This document shows, piece after piece, positions 49,216 through 57,880 of a DNA stretch of 64,000 bases. Each line of letters opens with the position of its first letter. Position 1 is the first letter of the stretch. The position numbers and the translations under genes were made by a program. The notes under the pieces are model-generated. The model was not told the DNA's origin. It was given only the letters and a program-made list of their open reading frames with translations, and did not search any database. The DNA is from a virus, in IMG/VR virus record IMGVR_UViG_3300038696_000205, positions 1-64,000 of that record. One strand, 5' to 3'.

Positions 49216-49289
49216 AAATTTTAAATTAATAAAAAAATTTGCAAAGATAAGAAATAAATCCTACCCTCGCAAATCTTTTATGTTAAATC

Positions 49290-50219
49290 TTATACCGCCA
49301 TCTCACTAGCCGCAAATTTGAAACTCTTATCATTAATGGTATAGTTACCACTTAACATAAGGCTCTCAACCCTCCCATTGTCACGCTTAGGGGCGTTTCT
49401 ATCATGTGTTGACCATCTAGTAAACCCACTATGTAATCCCCATAGATTTTTGCCCTTATCAGATATTTGATGCCCTATATTACCATATATGGTGTCCAAT
49501 ACATTTTCAACCCTAGTAGGCAAATCTTGGTCTAACCTACTATACCCATAAACAGTCTTAACCGCCCTATGTATAGTCTTATCGTTAATATCGAACCTAC
49601 TAAATTTATTGTAGGTGTCAACCAAATTTAAAGAGTTACGCAATTGACGTTCTATCAAAGTTGGTAATTCCCCTTTACGTACATTTAAACTAGCAGTATG
49701 TTTCAACTTACTCTGACCATCTTTGTAAAATTGATAAAATTGATTCATACAACTTACAGTCAAATCACCCACACCAACACTTAAACCAGTACTACCATCA
49801 TTACTATCGACCAAGGTAATATAACGCTTAATTACATCACCGTTTACATCACCATCACCCTCTATCGATAATTGTAAAAATACCTTTCGACCACCATTAA
49901 TACTACCACCCTTAACAACGTCCAAAGTATTTGAATACTTACTAGGTAAATTCCCAATACCCTCCAACATTAATTCCACAATTTCATCATTCTGCGAAAC
50001 CGTATAACCCTTTTTAACACTATTGATAATCTCACCAGTCTTATCATTGTATAACATAAAATAAGGGGTCTTAACCTCCTCGATACATTCTACCATACCA
50101 CCATTATCACCAATGGTCAAACCATTACGCAAAGCAACACTAGGTAACTTCTCAATCCTGAAATCTAAATCATACTTAATTAAAATTTCCCTCGCCAATA
50201 CATCTAAATTCTTATCCAT
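49290..50219 (-). CDS. DUF932/DUF945-family phage protein
   Basis: Y...QN, GGSINGGRKVFLQ, LVDSNDGSTG, VSCMNQ, KHT, NLWGL..FT.W.TH motifs. Confidence 0.8.
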   Translation of the reverse strand: MDKNLDVLAREILIKYDLDFRIEKLPSVALRNGLTIGDNGGMVECIEEVKTPYFMLYNDKTGEIINSVKKGYTVSQNDEIVELMLEGIGNLPSKYSNTLDVVKGGSINGGRKVFLQLSIEGDGDVNGDVIKRYITLVDSNDGSTGLSVGVGDLTVSCMNQFYQFYKDGQSKLKHTASLNVRKGELPTLIERQLRNSLNLVDTYNKFSRFDINDKTIHRAVKTVYGYSRLDQDLPTRVENVLDTIYGNIGHQISDKGKNLWGLHSGFTRWSTHDRNAPKRDNGRVESLMLSGNYTINDKSFKFAASEMAV

Positions 50220-50368
50220 AATATAACAGTTTAATTATTGTTCATGGCAAAGATATAACTTAATATCTTATAAACCTAATATTTTAATTAAAAACTTTAA
50301 AATAATTTTATTTAAAAACTTTAACATATTATATTTTGTAGAACCAATTATTAATCGTACCTTTACAA

Positions 50369-50430
50369 TGTACAAAGATACAGGCTGACCTAACAAGTTA
50401 GAAGAGTGGACTCCGACCTACCCTATATCG
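50369..50430 (+). ncRNA. three-hairpin repeat element copy F
   Basis: TGTACAAAGATACAGGCTGACCTAACAAGTTAGAAGAGTGGACTCC behind TTTG-N19-TACCTTTA. Confidence 0.6.
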
Positions 50431-50514
50431 AAATGTTGTCCTTATTTAGATTTAATAAAAATAAGAAAATAAATCAAAAATATTTGGTAGATGGGAATAA
50501 AAACCATACCTTTG

Positions 50515-50640
50515 CAATGTATAAATGTCAAAGTGTGTTTGTGGTGGCAAGATTGCACCTAAAACGACTTAACCATATAGGTTGGGTTAACTATGCGTAT
50601 AGAGGTATTATAACGTTCTCTTGCCATCTGAACACATAAA
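50515..50640 (+). ncRNA. candidate long-hairpin ncRNA
   Basis: TTTG(50483)-N20-TACCTTTG(50507); GGTGGCAAGA/TCTTGCCATC and GTGTTT/GAACAC stems. Confidence 0.4.
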
Positions 50641-50905
50641 ATAAATTTTAATATTAACCCATAAATAAAAATAATATGAAATAATTTGGAAATCTTAAAT
50701 ATTGTTCTTACCTTCGTAAGATATTACTTCCCATGTATAATGGAGTAAGTAAACAAATACATCCCATCCAAACGGAAGAGGGTGCAGATTTGTATATACC
50801 CATGTCAAAATGATTCTAAAAATCATAGGACGGTTGGGTGTATTGTCATGGAATATATCCACAGGACACCACCTAAAATTATACCCAGAAGTATACCGTA
50901 CCATC

Positions 50906-51410
50906 TGCCTTTAGGCCATACATGGCAACAGGACATGGATGTACACAATTGTGTATACATGGAGGTGCCCAAAGGTGCCTTTAGGCCATGAATGGCCACA
51001 GGACATGAATGTACAATAAAATCTAGCATGTATTCTAAGCAAAAATAGGCTTAAAATGCACAGGGATAATATTATTTAAAATTTTAGCAAAATTTATCGG
51101 CTGTTTGAAAGCTACATGATATATTTCTGCCAGTAAATACCCTCGAATATGCACATAAAACCTCTTTCCGCAACTCCACGTCCTCATCGTTACCCCTAAA
51201 TCCCACTATTTACCACTTTTTACCCCATTTTCACATTTTCATCAATATAGCGAGTACGTGCGAAGTAAGGGGCGTAAGGAACACTACAGTACCCAAATAG
51301 GTATATTAAAAGATAGTGCGTTACGTGTCCTTATTTCGCTATCTGGGTGTGCCTTTAGGCCATGAATGGCCTGTGGCCATGGATGTACACAATTGTGTAC
51401 ATAAAGGCAC
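50906..51410. repeat. three copies of a GC-richer palindromic module
   Basis: TGCCTTTAGGCCATnnATGGC..CATGnATGTACA at 50906, 50976, 51350. Confidence 0.85.
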
Positions 51411-51442
51411 ATAAATGTCCTATATCACATAAGGCTTTATAA

Positions 51443-51682
51443 TTATTCTACTAGGTTTATTTCTTGTAGGTTATTATATGATTTTCTATAGCCGTTAGTA
51501 AAGGTTATTTCTATGGTAGTCCAATTTTCTGATTTAGGCCACCAGTCGTTTGCTGATGTTGATGGTTCTAAATCTCGTGAGTGATATTCTTCTTTAACTT
51601 CTTTAATTTCCAGTTCGACCATTACTTTTGCATCGGTCATAATTTTAACTAGTTTTCCTTTCAATAGATTTGTTAGGTTCAT
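51443..51682 (-). CDS. hypothetical protein
   Basis: H...LEP.T.ANDWWP..W motif; 79 aa. Confidence 0.75.
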   Translation of the reverse strand: MNLTNLLKGKLVKIMTDAKVMVELEIKEVKEEYHSRDLEPSTSANDWWPKSENWTTIEITFTNGYRKSYNNLQEINLVE

Positions 51683-51979
51683 ATCCTTATTTTTATATTA
51701 TTGTTTAATGAGATATTGTGTTGCAAAGCATCCGCTAAAGTTTTCTAGGAAGACTACATCTTATTTCCTTTGGTAAAGATAATGAATATTTGTTTAATGT
51801 GCAAATATTATTTAGATTTATTTTCTAACTTCTTCAAGGTTTAACGTTTTATTTTAAAACCAATTGACCTTTAATTTTAGGATTTGCTATCTCGTAACTA
51901 ACAAGAACAAATCCTTTTTGTCCGTTGTGTTCTACCTCAAAATAATTTTCGTTAAGAATTGCTCTCATGGTTGTATTGT

Positions 51980-52168
51980 TTAATGTTGCACCACCTTATC
52001 TTGCCAGTCATACCAATCATCATCGTCCGATGCGCCTAGGGCTATGGCTTTTTCGTAATTCGACATTTGCTCATTGGCTAGTTGTAATTGAATTGCACCT
52101 AGTCCTGTATTTGCATTGGCAAAATTATAAATTGCATTTTCCTTTACTCCCCCTACTGTTAAACCCAT
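51980..52168 (-). CDS. small hypothetical protein
   Basis: Own promoter at 52186. Confidence 0.7.
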   Translation of the reverse strand: MGLTVGGVKENAIYNFANANTGLGAIQLQLANEQMSNYEKAIALGASDDDDWYDWQDKVVQH

Positions 52169-52220
52169 GTTTTAATTATTAGATTACAAAGATAGATTCA
52201 CTATCTTTAATGTGCAAGTA

Positions 52221-52415
52221 TTATTTCTTTGTTTTTAATGCTATGACCTCTATTTTTTCACACTTTTCACATGTTCTTGTTAGTAGCATGTTACCCGACC
52301 TACCTTTGTCGTCCATTTTTTCATCTTCAAAATGTCTGAATTTGAAGTCTGCCCAATAGTGTCCACAAAGATATTGTTTAATATTTCTTATATGTTGTTG
52401 TATTATTTTTAACAT
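52221..52415 (-). CDS. small zinc-ribbon-like protein
   Basis: LCGH.W..RTCEKC. Confidence 0.7.
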   Translation of the reverse strand: MLKIIQQHIRNIKQYLCGHYWADFKFRHFEDEKMDDKGRSGNMLLTRTCEKCEKIEVIALKTKK

Positions 52416-52417
52416 AC

Positions 52418-52720
52418 CTAATATTTTTGCCAGTCATTATTATTTATATTATATTCACCCAACATCATACCTCGACCATTAGGGGAGTATGATTGTACCG
52501 TAATTTTATTTTCTGTAACCCGTTTTACCCTTCCCCTATATACCCCAAATGGAGTATCCATAAATACTTTATCGTTTACTTCTAAAGTTTGTACGACTGT
52601 TAGGTTTATTTTGGCTAGGATAAGGTTTCTTTTATATCTTTCATCCTTACTAAGATTAACGGCATTAATTATGTGTTGCGTATCCATCTTAATCGTTAAT
52701 AGTTCTTCGTTTGTAAACAT
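52418..52720 (-). CDS. hypothetical protein
   Basis: Tightly packed ORF. Confidence 0.7.
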   Translation of the reverse strand: MFTNEELLTIKMDTQHIINAVNLSKDERYKRNLILAKINLTVVQTLEVNDKVFMDTPFGVYRGRVKRVTENKITVQSYSPNGRGMMLGEYNINNNDWQKY

Positions 52721-52731
52721 ATTATTTTATT

Positions 52732-52971
52732 TTAATTGTTGTAATAGATGTGTATAGGGTTATTGCAGTTTCCCTTATGAGCCATAAAACCAGAATTTGT
52801 TGTTCCCATAGTAATATATTGGCAATTATCTATATAGATAATTTTATGGCGTGGTTGGGTTTCTTTCTCACTTACAATATCATAATCCTTTTTACAGCCC
52901 AGTACACCTAGTAGTACAAGGGCTAATAGGGTGAATATTGCGTGGGCGACATTAAATTTATTTCTTTTCAT
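52732..52971 (-). CDS. putative small lipoprotein
   Basis: Hydrophobic leader ending VLGC; IDNCQYI..MAHKGNC.NP.H. Confidence 0.7.
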   Translation of the reverse strand: MKRNKFNVAHAIFTLLALVLLGVLGCKKDYDIVSEKETQPRHKIIYIDNCQYITMGTTNSGFMAHKGNCNNPIHIYYNN

Positions 52972-53042
52972 ATTGATATTATTTGTTCATCATTGCTATT
53001 AGTATTAACAGAATGAGGAATATTAGGTTTACTATGTGTTTT

Positions 53043-53255
53043 TTATATTCTGTTTTCATCATCTTTTTTATTTTTCTTATTAATGATATTTCGTTCGTTA
53101 AAGAATATGAACAAGAGCATCGTTAATGTAAACCCCATATAAATCATACTGAAAACAACTTGCTTTTGTACGATTAGGACGTAGCTACCAAGACCTAGTG
53201 TAAGTGCTACCCTAAGTACGGTGTTTATAATATTTTGTTTATGCTCCTTATTCAT
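53043..53255 (-). CDS. small membrane protein
   Basis: Two hydrophobic segments. Confidence 0.65.
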   Translation of the reverse strand: MNKEHKQNIINTVLRVALTLGLGSYVLIVQKQVVFSMIYMGFTLTMLLFIFFNERNIINKKNKKDDENRI

Positions 53256-53307
53256 TTTGTTTTATTTATATTGCAAATATACTCCAAATAAATTTAACTT
53301 GCAAATA

Positions 53308-53610
53308 TTATTTTTGCAATTGTTTAATTTTATTTAATAAGTTCTTCTTTTTTAAGTTTGCAACTTTTCTTTTTTCAATAATATTTTTGGTTTTCCTCAT
53401 ACCCTCATTATATTTTAGGGTAAGGATTTCATCGGTATCATTAACGTTTAGGTCGAAGTAATACAATACATACCCTTTGTACCAAAAATTAACGGAATTA
53501 TGGTCTTTGTAACCCACCGCATATATTCCGAACATACCAACTCTTCTTAAAAGAAATATTATTATTATTATGGCAACCATTCCTACCATTGATATTATTA
53601 ATTGTTCCAT
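53308..53610 (-). CDS. membrane-anchored hypothetical protein
   Basis: N-terminal hydrophobic helix. Confidence 0.65.
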   Translation of the reverse strand: MEQLIISMVGMVAIIIIIFLLRRVGMFGIYAVGYKDHNSVNFWYKGYVLYYFDLNVNDTDEILTLKYNEGMRKTKNIIEKRKVANLKKKNLLNKIKQLQK

Positions 53611-53630
53611 TTTATTTCGTTATTAAACTA

Positions 53631-53993
53631 TTAGTAACCCCTAAGGTTTTTAAAATCCTCATATATTTCGTCTGGCGTTTTATCTCCACACGGGTTTAGG
53701 ATTTCCTCTAACGCTTTCTTTCCTTGCTCTCCATTACTTAATCTATCATACCAAATAGTTGCTTCCAATGAGCCTTCCACTTGTATGTCCTCTAGTTCTG
53801 AATCATGTATGACCGTATACGTTCTATTATCCCATTCAGTACCCTTTAGGCATAGTTTGTATGTCACACTACCCACTGGGTATATATCGTCCATTTCGGG
53901 GTCTTGGTGATGTGTTGAGGCTGTAAGTATATTTAAGGTCTTGCCCTTATATACGTACCTTGAAGAATCTTTAACTTTTGCCGTACCTTTCAT
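53631..53993 (-). CDS. hypothetical protein
   Basis: 120-aa ORF. Confidence 0.7.
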   Translation of the reverse strand: MKGTAKVKDSSRYVYKGKTLNILTASTHHQDPEMDDIYPVGSVTYKLCLKGTEWDNRTYTVIHDSELEDIQVEGSLEATIWYDRLSNGEQGKKALEEILNPCGDKTPDEIYEDFKNLRGY

Positions 53994-54393
53994 TTTTATA
54001 TTTTAAAAATTTTCCTCTGTTAATACCGTACTTTAAATATTGTATGTTAGATTCCCCACACGTTGTTAGTTTATTGTTCTTCCAATTAAATGATGAATCG
54101 TGCATAGCTTGTAGCTTTTTCCATAGCTTAGTACTAAACCCTCTATATTGTGGTTTAAACACCTCTTGTCCTAATTTTTTAATTAAAAAAGAAACGTCAA
54201 AACCAGTATTATACAGGTCATAGTTCATAACGTCTTGGTCAAGGCATCTACCAACAGCGCACATATTACCCTCTTCTGATTTATATACACATAGGGTCGT
54301 ACCGACAAGTACACCTCGTCTTGATGGGTCTTCGGTGTAGTATTGAACTGTTTCGTCCAGTAAAGCTAATTGTTCATCTATTGTTCTTGACAT
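53971..54393 (-). CDS. conserved hypothetical protein
   Basis: CVY....MCAVGRC..LQ.MHD....W motif. Confidence 0.8.
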   Translation of the reverse strand: MSRTIDEQLALLDETVQYYTEDPSRRGVLVGTTLCVYKSEEGNMCAVGRCLDQDVMNYDLYNTGFDVSFLIKKLGQEVFKPQYRGFSTKLWKKLQAMHDSSFNWKNNKLTTCGESNIQYLKYGINRGKFLKYKNERYGKS

Positions 54394-54460
54394 AATCGAT
54401 ATGTTTTAGTTATCTTAGACAAAGATAGTGATAATATTTGGTCTGACCAAACATTATTCT

Positions 54461-54820
54461 TTAATATTCTTTAATATTTTTTTCTATTTTTGTTCTAAGT
54501 CTGTCCACATACTCCATTAACTTATCTTGTGGCATTTCTTCCATACCCATTTTAAGAATATCGTTTAATATTGTGTAGCTTCTGGGCAGATTAATAAAAT
54601 CCAAGACTATTAAATTTTCTTTTAATCTGTTATAATGGGAGATAAATGTTTCTTCTAATAGGTGGAAAAAATCACCTTCAATTTCAAATTCTGGAATACC
54701 GAATAATTCTTCTAAGTACCAATTTATACCATCTTCATCGCATAACCTTACGTAGCATTTACCTTCGTACTCCATTACATGAGAATCTTGGGATGCTATA
54801 AATTTTACATTAGTTTTCAT
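54461..54820 (-). CDS. hypothetical protein
   Basis: Start set at ATG 54820; the longer track ORF overlaps a zinc-finger gene. Confidence 0.7.
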   Translation of the reverse strand: MKTNVKFIASQDSHVMEYEGKCYVRLCDEDGINWYLEELFGIPEFEIEGDFFHLLEETFISHYNRLKENLIVLDFINLPRSYTILNDILKMGMEEMPQDKLMEYVDRLRTKIEKNIKEY

Positions 54821-54989
54821 ATTTTCGTATTTTTTGTTTACCAGTACCCTTACATAAGCCACATTTTGGACTTCCATCATCGTCATAATAACCACTACCA
54901 TTACAAGCACCGCAAGGTTCTTCCTTAACACCCTTTACGTATTTGTTATAATGTTCCGTTCTTTTTAATTTTCTTTCGTGAAAGCTCAT
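54810..54989 (-). CDS. small DnaJ-type zinc finger protein (59 aa)
   Basis: Manual translation CGACNGSG..CGLCKGTG (two CxxCxGxG). Confidence 0.75.
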   Translation of the reverse strand: MSFHERKLKRTEHYNKYVKGVKEEPCGACNGSGYYDDDGSPKCGLCKGTGKQKIRKYEN

Positions 54990-55000
54990 TATAAAGTTTT

Positions 55001-55258
55001 TTAAGTAGTTTTTATCGACTTGTATATTGTGATAATTGATTCCTTCAACACATTTTCACCAAAAAAGGATGTATCTTTTTTATTGTTAATGGTAAAGGGA
55101 TACATATTTCCCGAAATAACCTCATTTATGGTGTCGGTTAAATCCATTATTTCTCCATTTGTCATTTCGTTATATTCGGAAGTGTAGGTTTTATCCCTAT
55201 AGGTTAGTTCAACACAAACCGTATATATTATCGGGGTTATTTTGGTTTTATTTGACAT
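55001..55258 (-). CDS. hypothetical protein
   Basis: 85-aa ORF. Confidence 0.7.
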   Translation of the reverse strand: MSNKTKITPIIYTVCVELTYRDKTYTSEYNEMTNGEIMDLTDTINEVISGNMYPFTINNKKDTSFFGENVLKESIITIYKSIKTT

Positions 55259-55270
55259 AAAGTTATTATT

Positions 55271-55591
55271 TTAAATTATTGAATCTATAAATGTTTTTAA
55301 TTTAATTCCATCACTTCTTGACTCAATCATGAATTTGGCACCTTTAATTTTTATATCCCTGATTTTTGTGTCGGTATTGCCCCATTCTTTTAATCGGTTA
55401 TCGTCCGCTGTATTAGTAAATTCCTTTCTAAATTTATCGAATATTTTAATGTATTGTTCGTCCGTAAGATTAGTGTCCGATTTCCTATTTATTATGTCAA
55501 GACATTTTTCAATAATCACTTCCTCACGACCCGTAATATGGGTAGGTTTTTCAGTGCCAGTTAATTCAAAATATAATTCTTCTTTTGTCAT
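55271..55591 (-). CDS. hypothetical protein
   Basis: 106-aa ORF. Confidence 0.7.
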   Translation of the reverse strand: MTKEELYFELTGTEKPTHITGREEVIIEKCLDIINRKSDTNLTDEQYIKIFDKFRKEFTNTADDNRLKEWGNTDTKIRDIKIKGAKFMIESRSDGIKLKTFIDSII

Positions 55592-55609
55592 GTTACCTGA
55601 TTTATAGGA

Positions 55610-55831
55610 TTATTCCAAATTTTTTGATAAATTAAGTTCGGTTTCCAACCTATTTACTAATTCTTCAAGTTCTTCTTCATTACCTAACCATTGGAAGGCA
55701 ATATCGTAATATACGTTATTACTCCATTTGCGACTTGGATTTTTATTTTCGGAGCAAATTTGTAGCCTATCGATTAAGGAATAAAACTTATCGTTAGTTC
55801 CAGCTATGTTAGGTTTTTTTATATTTTCCAT
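55610..55831 (-). CDS. hypothetical protein
   Basis: 73-aa ORF. Confidence 0.7.
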   Translation of the reverse strand: MENIKKPNIAGTNDKFYSLIDRLQICSENKNPSRKWSNNVYYDIAFQWLGNEEELEELVNRLETELNLSKNLE

Positions 55832-55869
55832 ATTAAATAATTATTTAAGAAAATATAGCGAATATTTTA

Positions 55870-56388
55870 TTAAAAAACTAATTTTTTATTTAATAATTTT
55901 TCATTACCGTACACATGTAAGTATTTTAGGGTATCTAAAGACCAGATTAGATTACTTTTTCTTTTATTACACGTTTGACATGATACCACCAAATTATCTT
56001 TATCCCTTGCGGCACCTCCCTTTGATTTCGGGTTGAAGTGGTCAGCGGTAGCCATCTTTTTAAGGTCTTTATTCGGGTGGTCACATTGATAGATTATTAG
56101 GTCTTCCTTGCCACAATACACACAAGTTAACTTATGGTGTTCGTCTAACATTTCCTGTAGAAACGTCATGTTGAATAAGGTTTGGGCAAGACCATCCATT
56201 CGTTTTTTTGATTTCGGTATAAAGTGAATGCCTATTGACTTGAAACCAGATAATAAACTATTTATTTCATCTTGTAATAATTCATCTTTAATTAAGAGAT
56301 AATCACCATACGGGGTTGACCCGTATATTTGGTGTTGCTCTATTATATTAGCTGACTTATTTTTCGATGTTACAATTGTTTGACACAT
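55870..56388 (-). CDS. HNH endonuclease
   Basis: CVYCG..TADHFNPKSKGG..NLVVSCQTCNKRK. Confidence 0.9.
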   Translation of the reverse strand: MCQTIVTSKNKSANIIEQHQIYGSTPYGDYLLIKDELLQDEINSLLSGFKSIGIHFIPKSKKRMDGLAQTLFNMTFLQEMLDEHHKLTCVYCGKEDLIIYQCDHPNKDLKKMATADHFNPKSKGGAARDKDNLVVSCQTCNKRKSNLIWSLDTLKYLHVYGNEKLLNKKLVF

Positions 56389-56445
56389 ATTATTATTGTT
56401 TTTGTTCCTTACAAAGATACGTAAAATATTTTAGACCACCAAATA

Positions 56446-56979
56446 TTATATATTAATAACTATACCCCCATTAATATAAGCAGGATTTATCACTATTAAT
56501 GGTGATATTTTACCAAATTCGTATGATAGGGCTAGAGTAATTATCGGTAAGATACCATTATTGCGAATCCATGTAGGTAGATTATTTGTAAGTGGGTTTG
56601 TTACCCCGTGTTCTTTGTAATTACCATTTCTGGTAAAGTGCGCATCAAATAGATTATTATAGCCACTAATTATTCCCATATTCAAGGAAATGTCAAAATC
56701 ACCTATACTTCTACCCACACCATATTGTGTTAAAATTGATAATTTATGATAACTATTCGCTAGTACTCCTACTTGAATATCGTTGAACCAAATTTTATTG
56801 GTTTTTCTATATATGCCCACAATACCATGTCCACCCTCTGTATTGTGATATGGTAAGTCTGGTGTCCTGTCAAAGTGATAGGTCTTTAGCGGAATATATA
56901 ATTTAAATTCCGTTAACCTATCCTGTGATATTAGATTGATAGAGAAAATACAAAATAAAATTATTATAAATTGTTTCAT
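56446..56979 (-). CDS. putative exported beta-barrel-like protein
   Basis: Signal-peptide-like MKQFIIILFCIFSINLISQ; amphipathic strands; H....N.E.G.G..NSY pattern reminiscent of PagP-like proteins (weak). Confidence 0.5.
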   Translation of the reverse strand: MKQFIIILFCIFSINLISQDRLTEFKLYIPLKTYHFDRTPDLPYHNTEGGHGIVGIYRKTNKIWFNDIQVGVLANSYHKLSILTQYGVGRSIGDFDISLNMGIISGYNNLFDAHFTRNGNYKEHGVTNPLTNNLPTWIRNNGILPIITLALSYEFGKISPLIVINPAYINGGIVINI

Positions 56980-56981
56980 AA

Positions 56982-57356
56982 TTAATTGGATAAATATATG
57001 ACCAAAGAGTTTATTATAATATGAAATGTGTTGTCCACTATAAATAATAACCACATTGAAAGGTAGATGGGTGTTTCCATTGGGTAGCCGAAATTCTTTA
57101 GGTTCTGAGTTCTATTTATAAATTGAATCCAATATCTAGCCAACCTATATCTATCTATGAAATAGTGCGTAATAAAGATTATTAACCAGTACCAATTTAG
57201 GTTGATTAATAAAAATGGTAACGAGTACACTAGGGCGTGTATTAGAGCCACATAACTCTTGGTGGTCTTTTTATTAGCCATCCAACTAGTTTGTAATAAA
57301 TAGTCACCTACAAAGTGTAATAGCAACCCGATAAATAATTTTAATTCTATACTCAT
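56982..57356 (-). CDS. DUF3307-like membrane protein
   Basis: LLLHFVGDYLLQ..WMA.KK..HALVY..THYFIDR..DNTFH. Confidence 0.85.
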   Translation of the reverse strand: MSIELKLFIGLLLHFVGDYLLQTSWMANKKTTKSYVALIHALVYSLPFLLINLNWYWLIIFITHYFIDRYRLARYWIQFINRTQNLKNFGYPMETPIYLSMWLLFIVDNTFHIIINSLVIYLSN

Positions 57357-57459
57357 GATATTAAGGTTTTATTTACAACAAAGATACAATAAAAAATCCT
57401 AACTATCAAAGATAATTAGGATTTAATGAACAAACTAACAAACTAACAAACAAATTATA

Positions 57460-57810
57460 TTAAGATTTTCTTTTTAAGCCAAGTTCAGCCGCTGAATAGT
57501 GGATATTGAACCACATGGATTCCATCAGGGATTCGCTTTGTGATGCATCGTCCAATACATCCATTGCTTCTTCTTCCGAGCAATCGTAATGACCCGTTAC
57601 ATCTTCTATTGACCACATATTACTTGCACATATACCAAGGTCTGTTAGAACCTCTTTGGCTTCTTTTTCCTGTGCATATTCGGAATCATTGATTTCTTCT
57701 AATGTATCGGCTATGTTGAACCTTTCATCACCAACGATAACAAACTCGTTAGACGAATACTCTTGAAGTTGTAATAATGCCAATTTTAAAAGTGCTTTTG
57801 AATTTTTCAT
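57460..57810 (-). CDS. hypothetical protein
   Basis: NMWSIEDV..Y.C..EEAM.VL motif; own promoter. Confidence 0.75.
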   Translation of the reverse strand: MKNSKALLKLALLQLQEYSSNEFVIVGDERFNIADTLEEINDSEYAQEKEAKEVLTDLGICASNMWSIEDVTGHYDCSEEEAMDVLDDASQSESLMESMWFNIHYSAAELGLKRKS

Positions 57811-57880
57811 AATTTAGGTTTTTAATGTTGTTATTATTTCTTTTGTCAAAGATACGTAACTTAATTCGTTATACCAAATA

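Noticed and set aside
34703-50430. CRISPR array or canonical tRNA genes for the six-copy element
   Set aside because: Copies are kilobases apart with no spacers, each with its own promoter; no acceptor stem, T-loop or CCA
34703-50430. Hammerhead or other known small ribozyme in the six-copy element (CTGA motif)
   Set aside because: CTGA is base-paired in P2, and the CUGAnGA/GAAA core and three-way junction are absent
50406-51029. ORFs 50406..50639, 50695..50904, 50782..50991, 50823..51029 as protein genes
   Set aside because: They overlap repeats and structured elements, conflict with each other and show no recognisable motif
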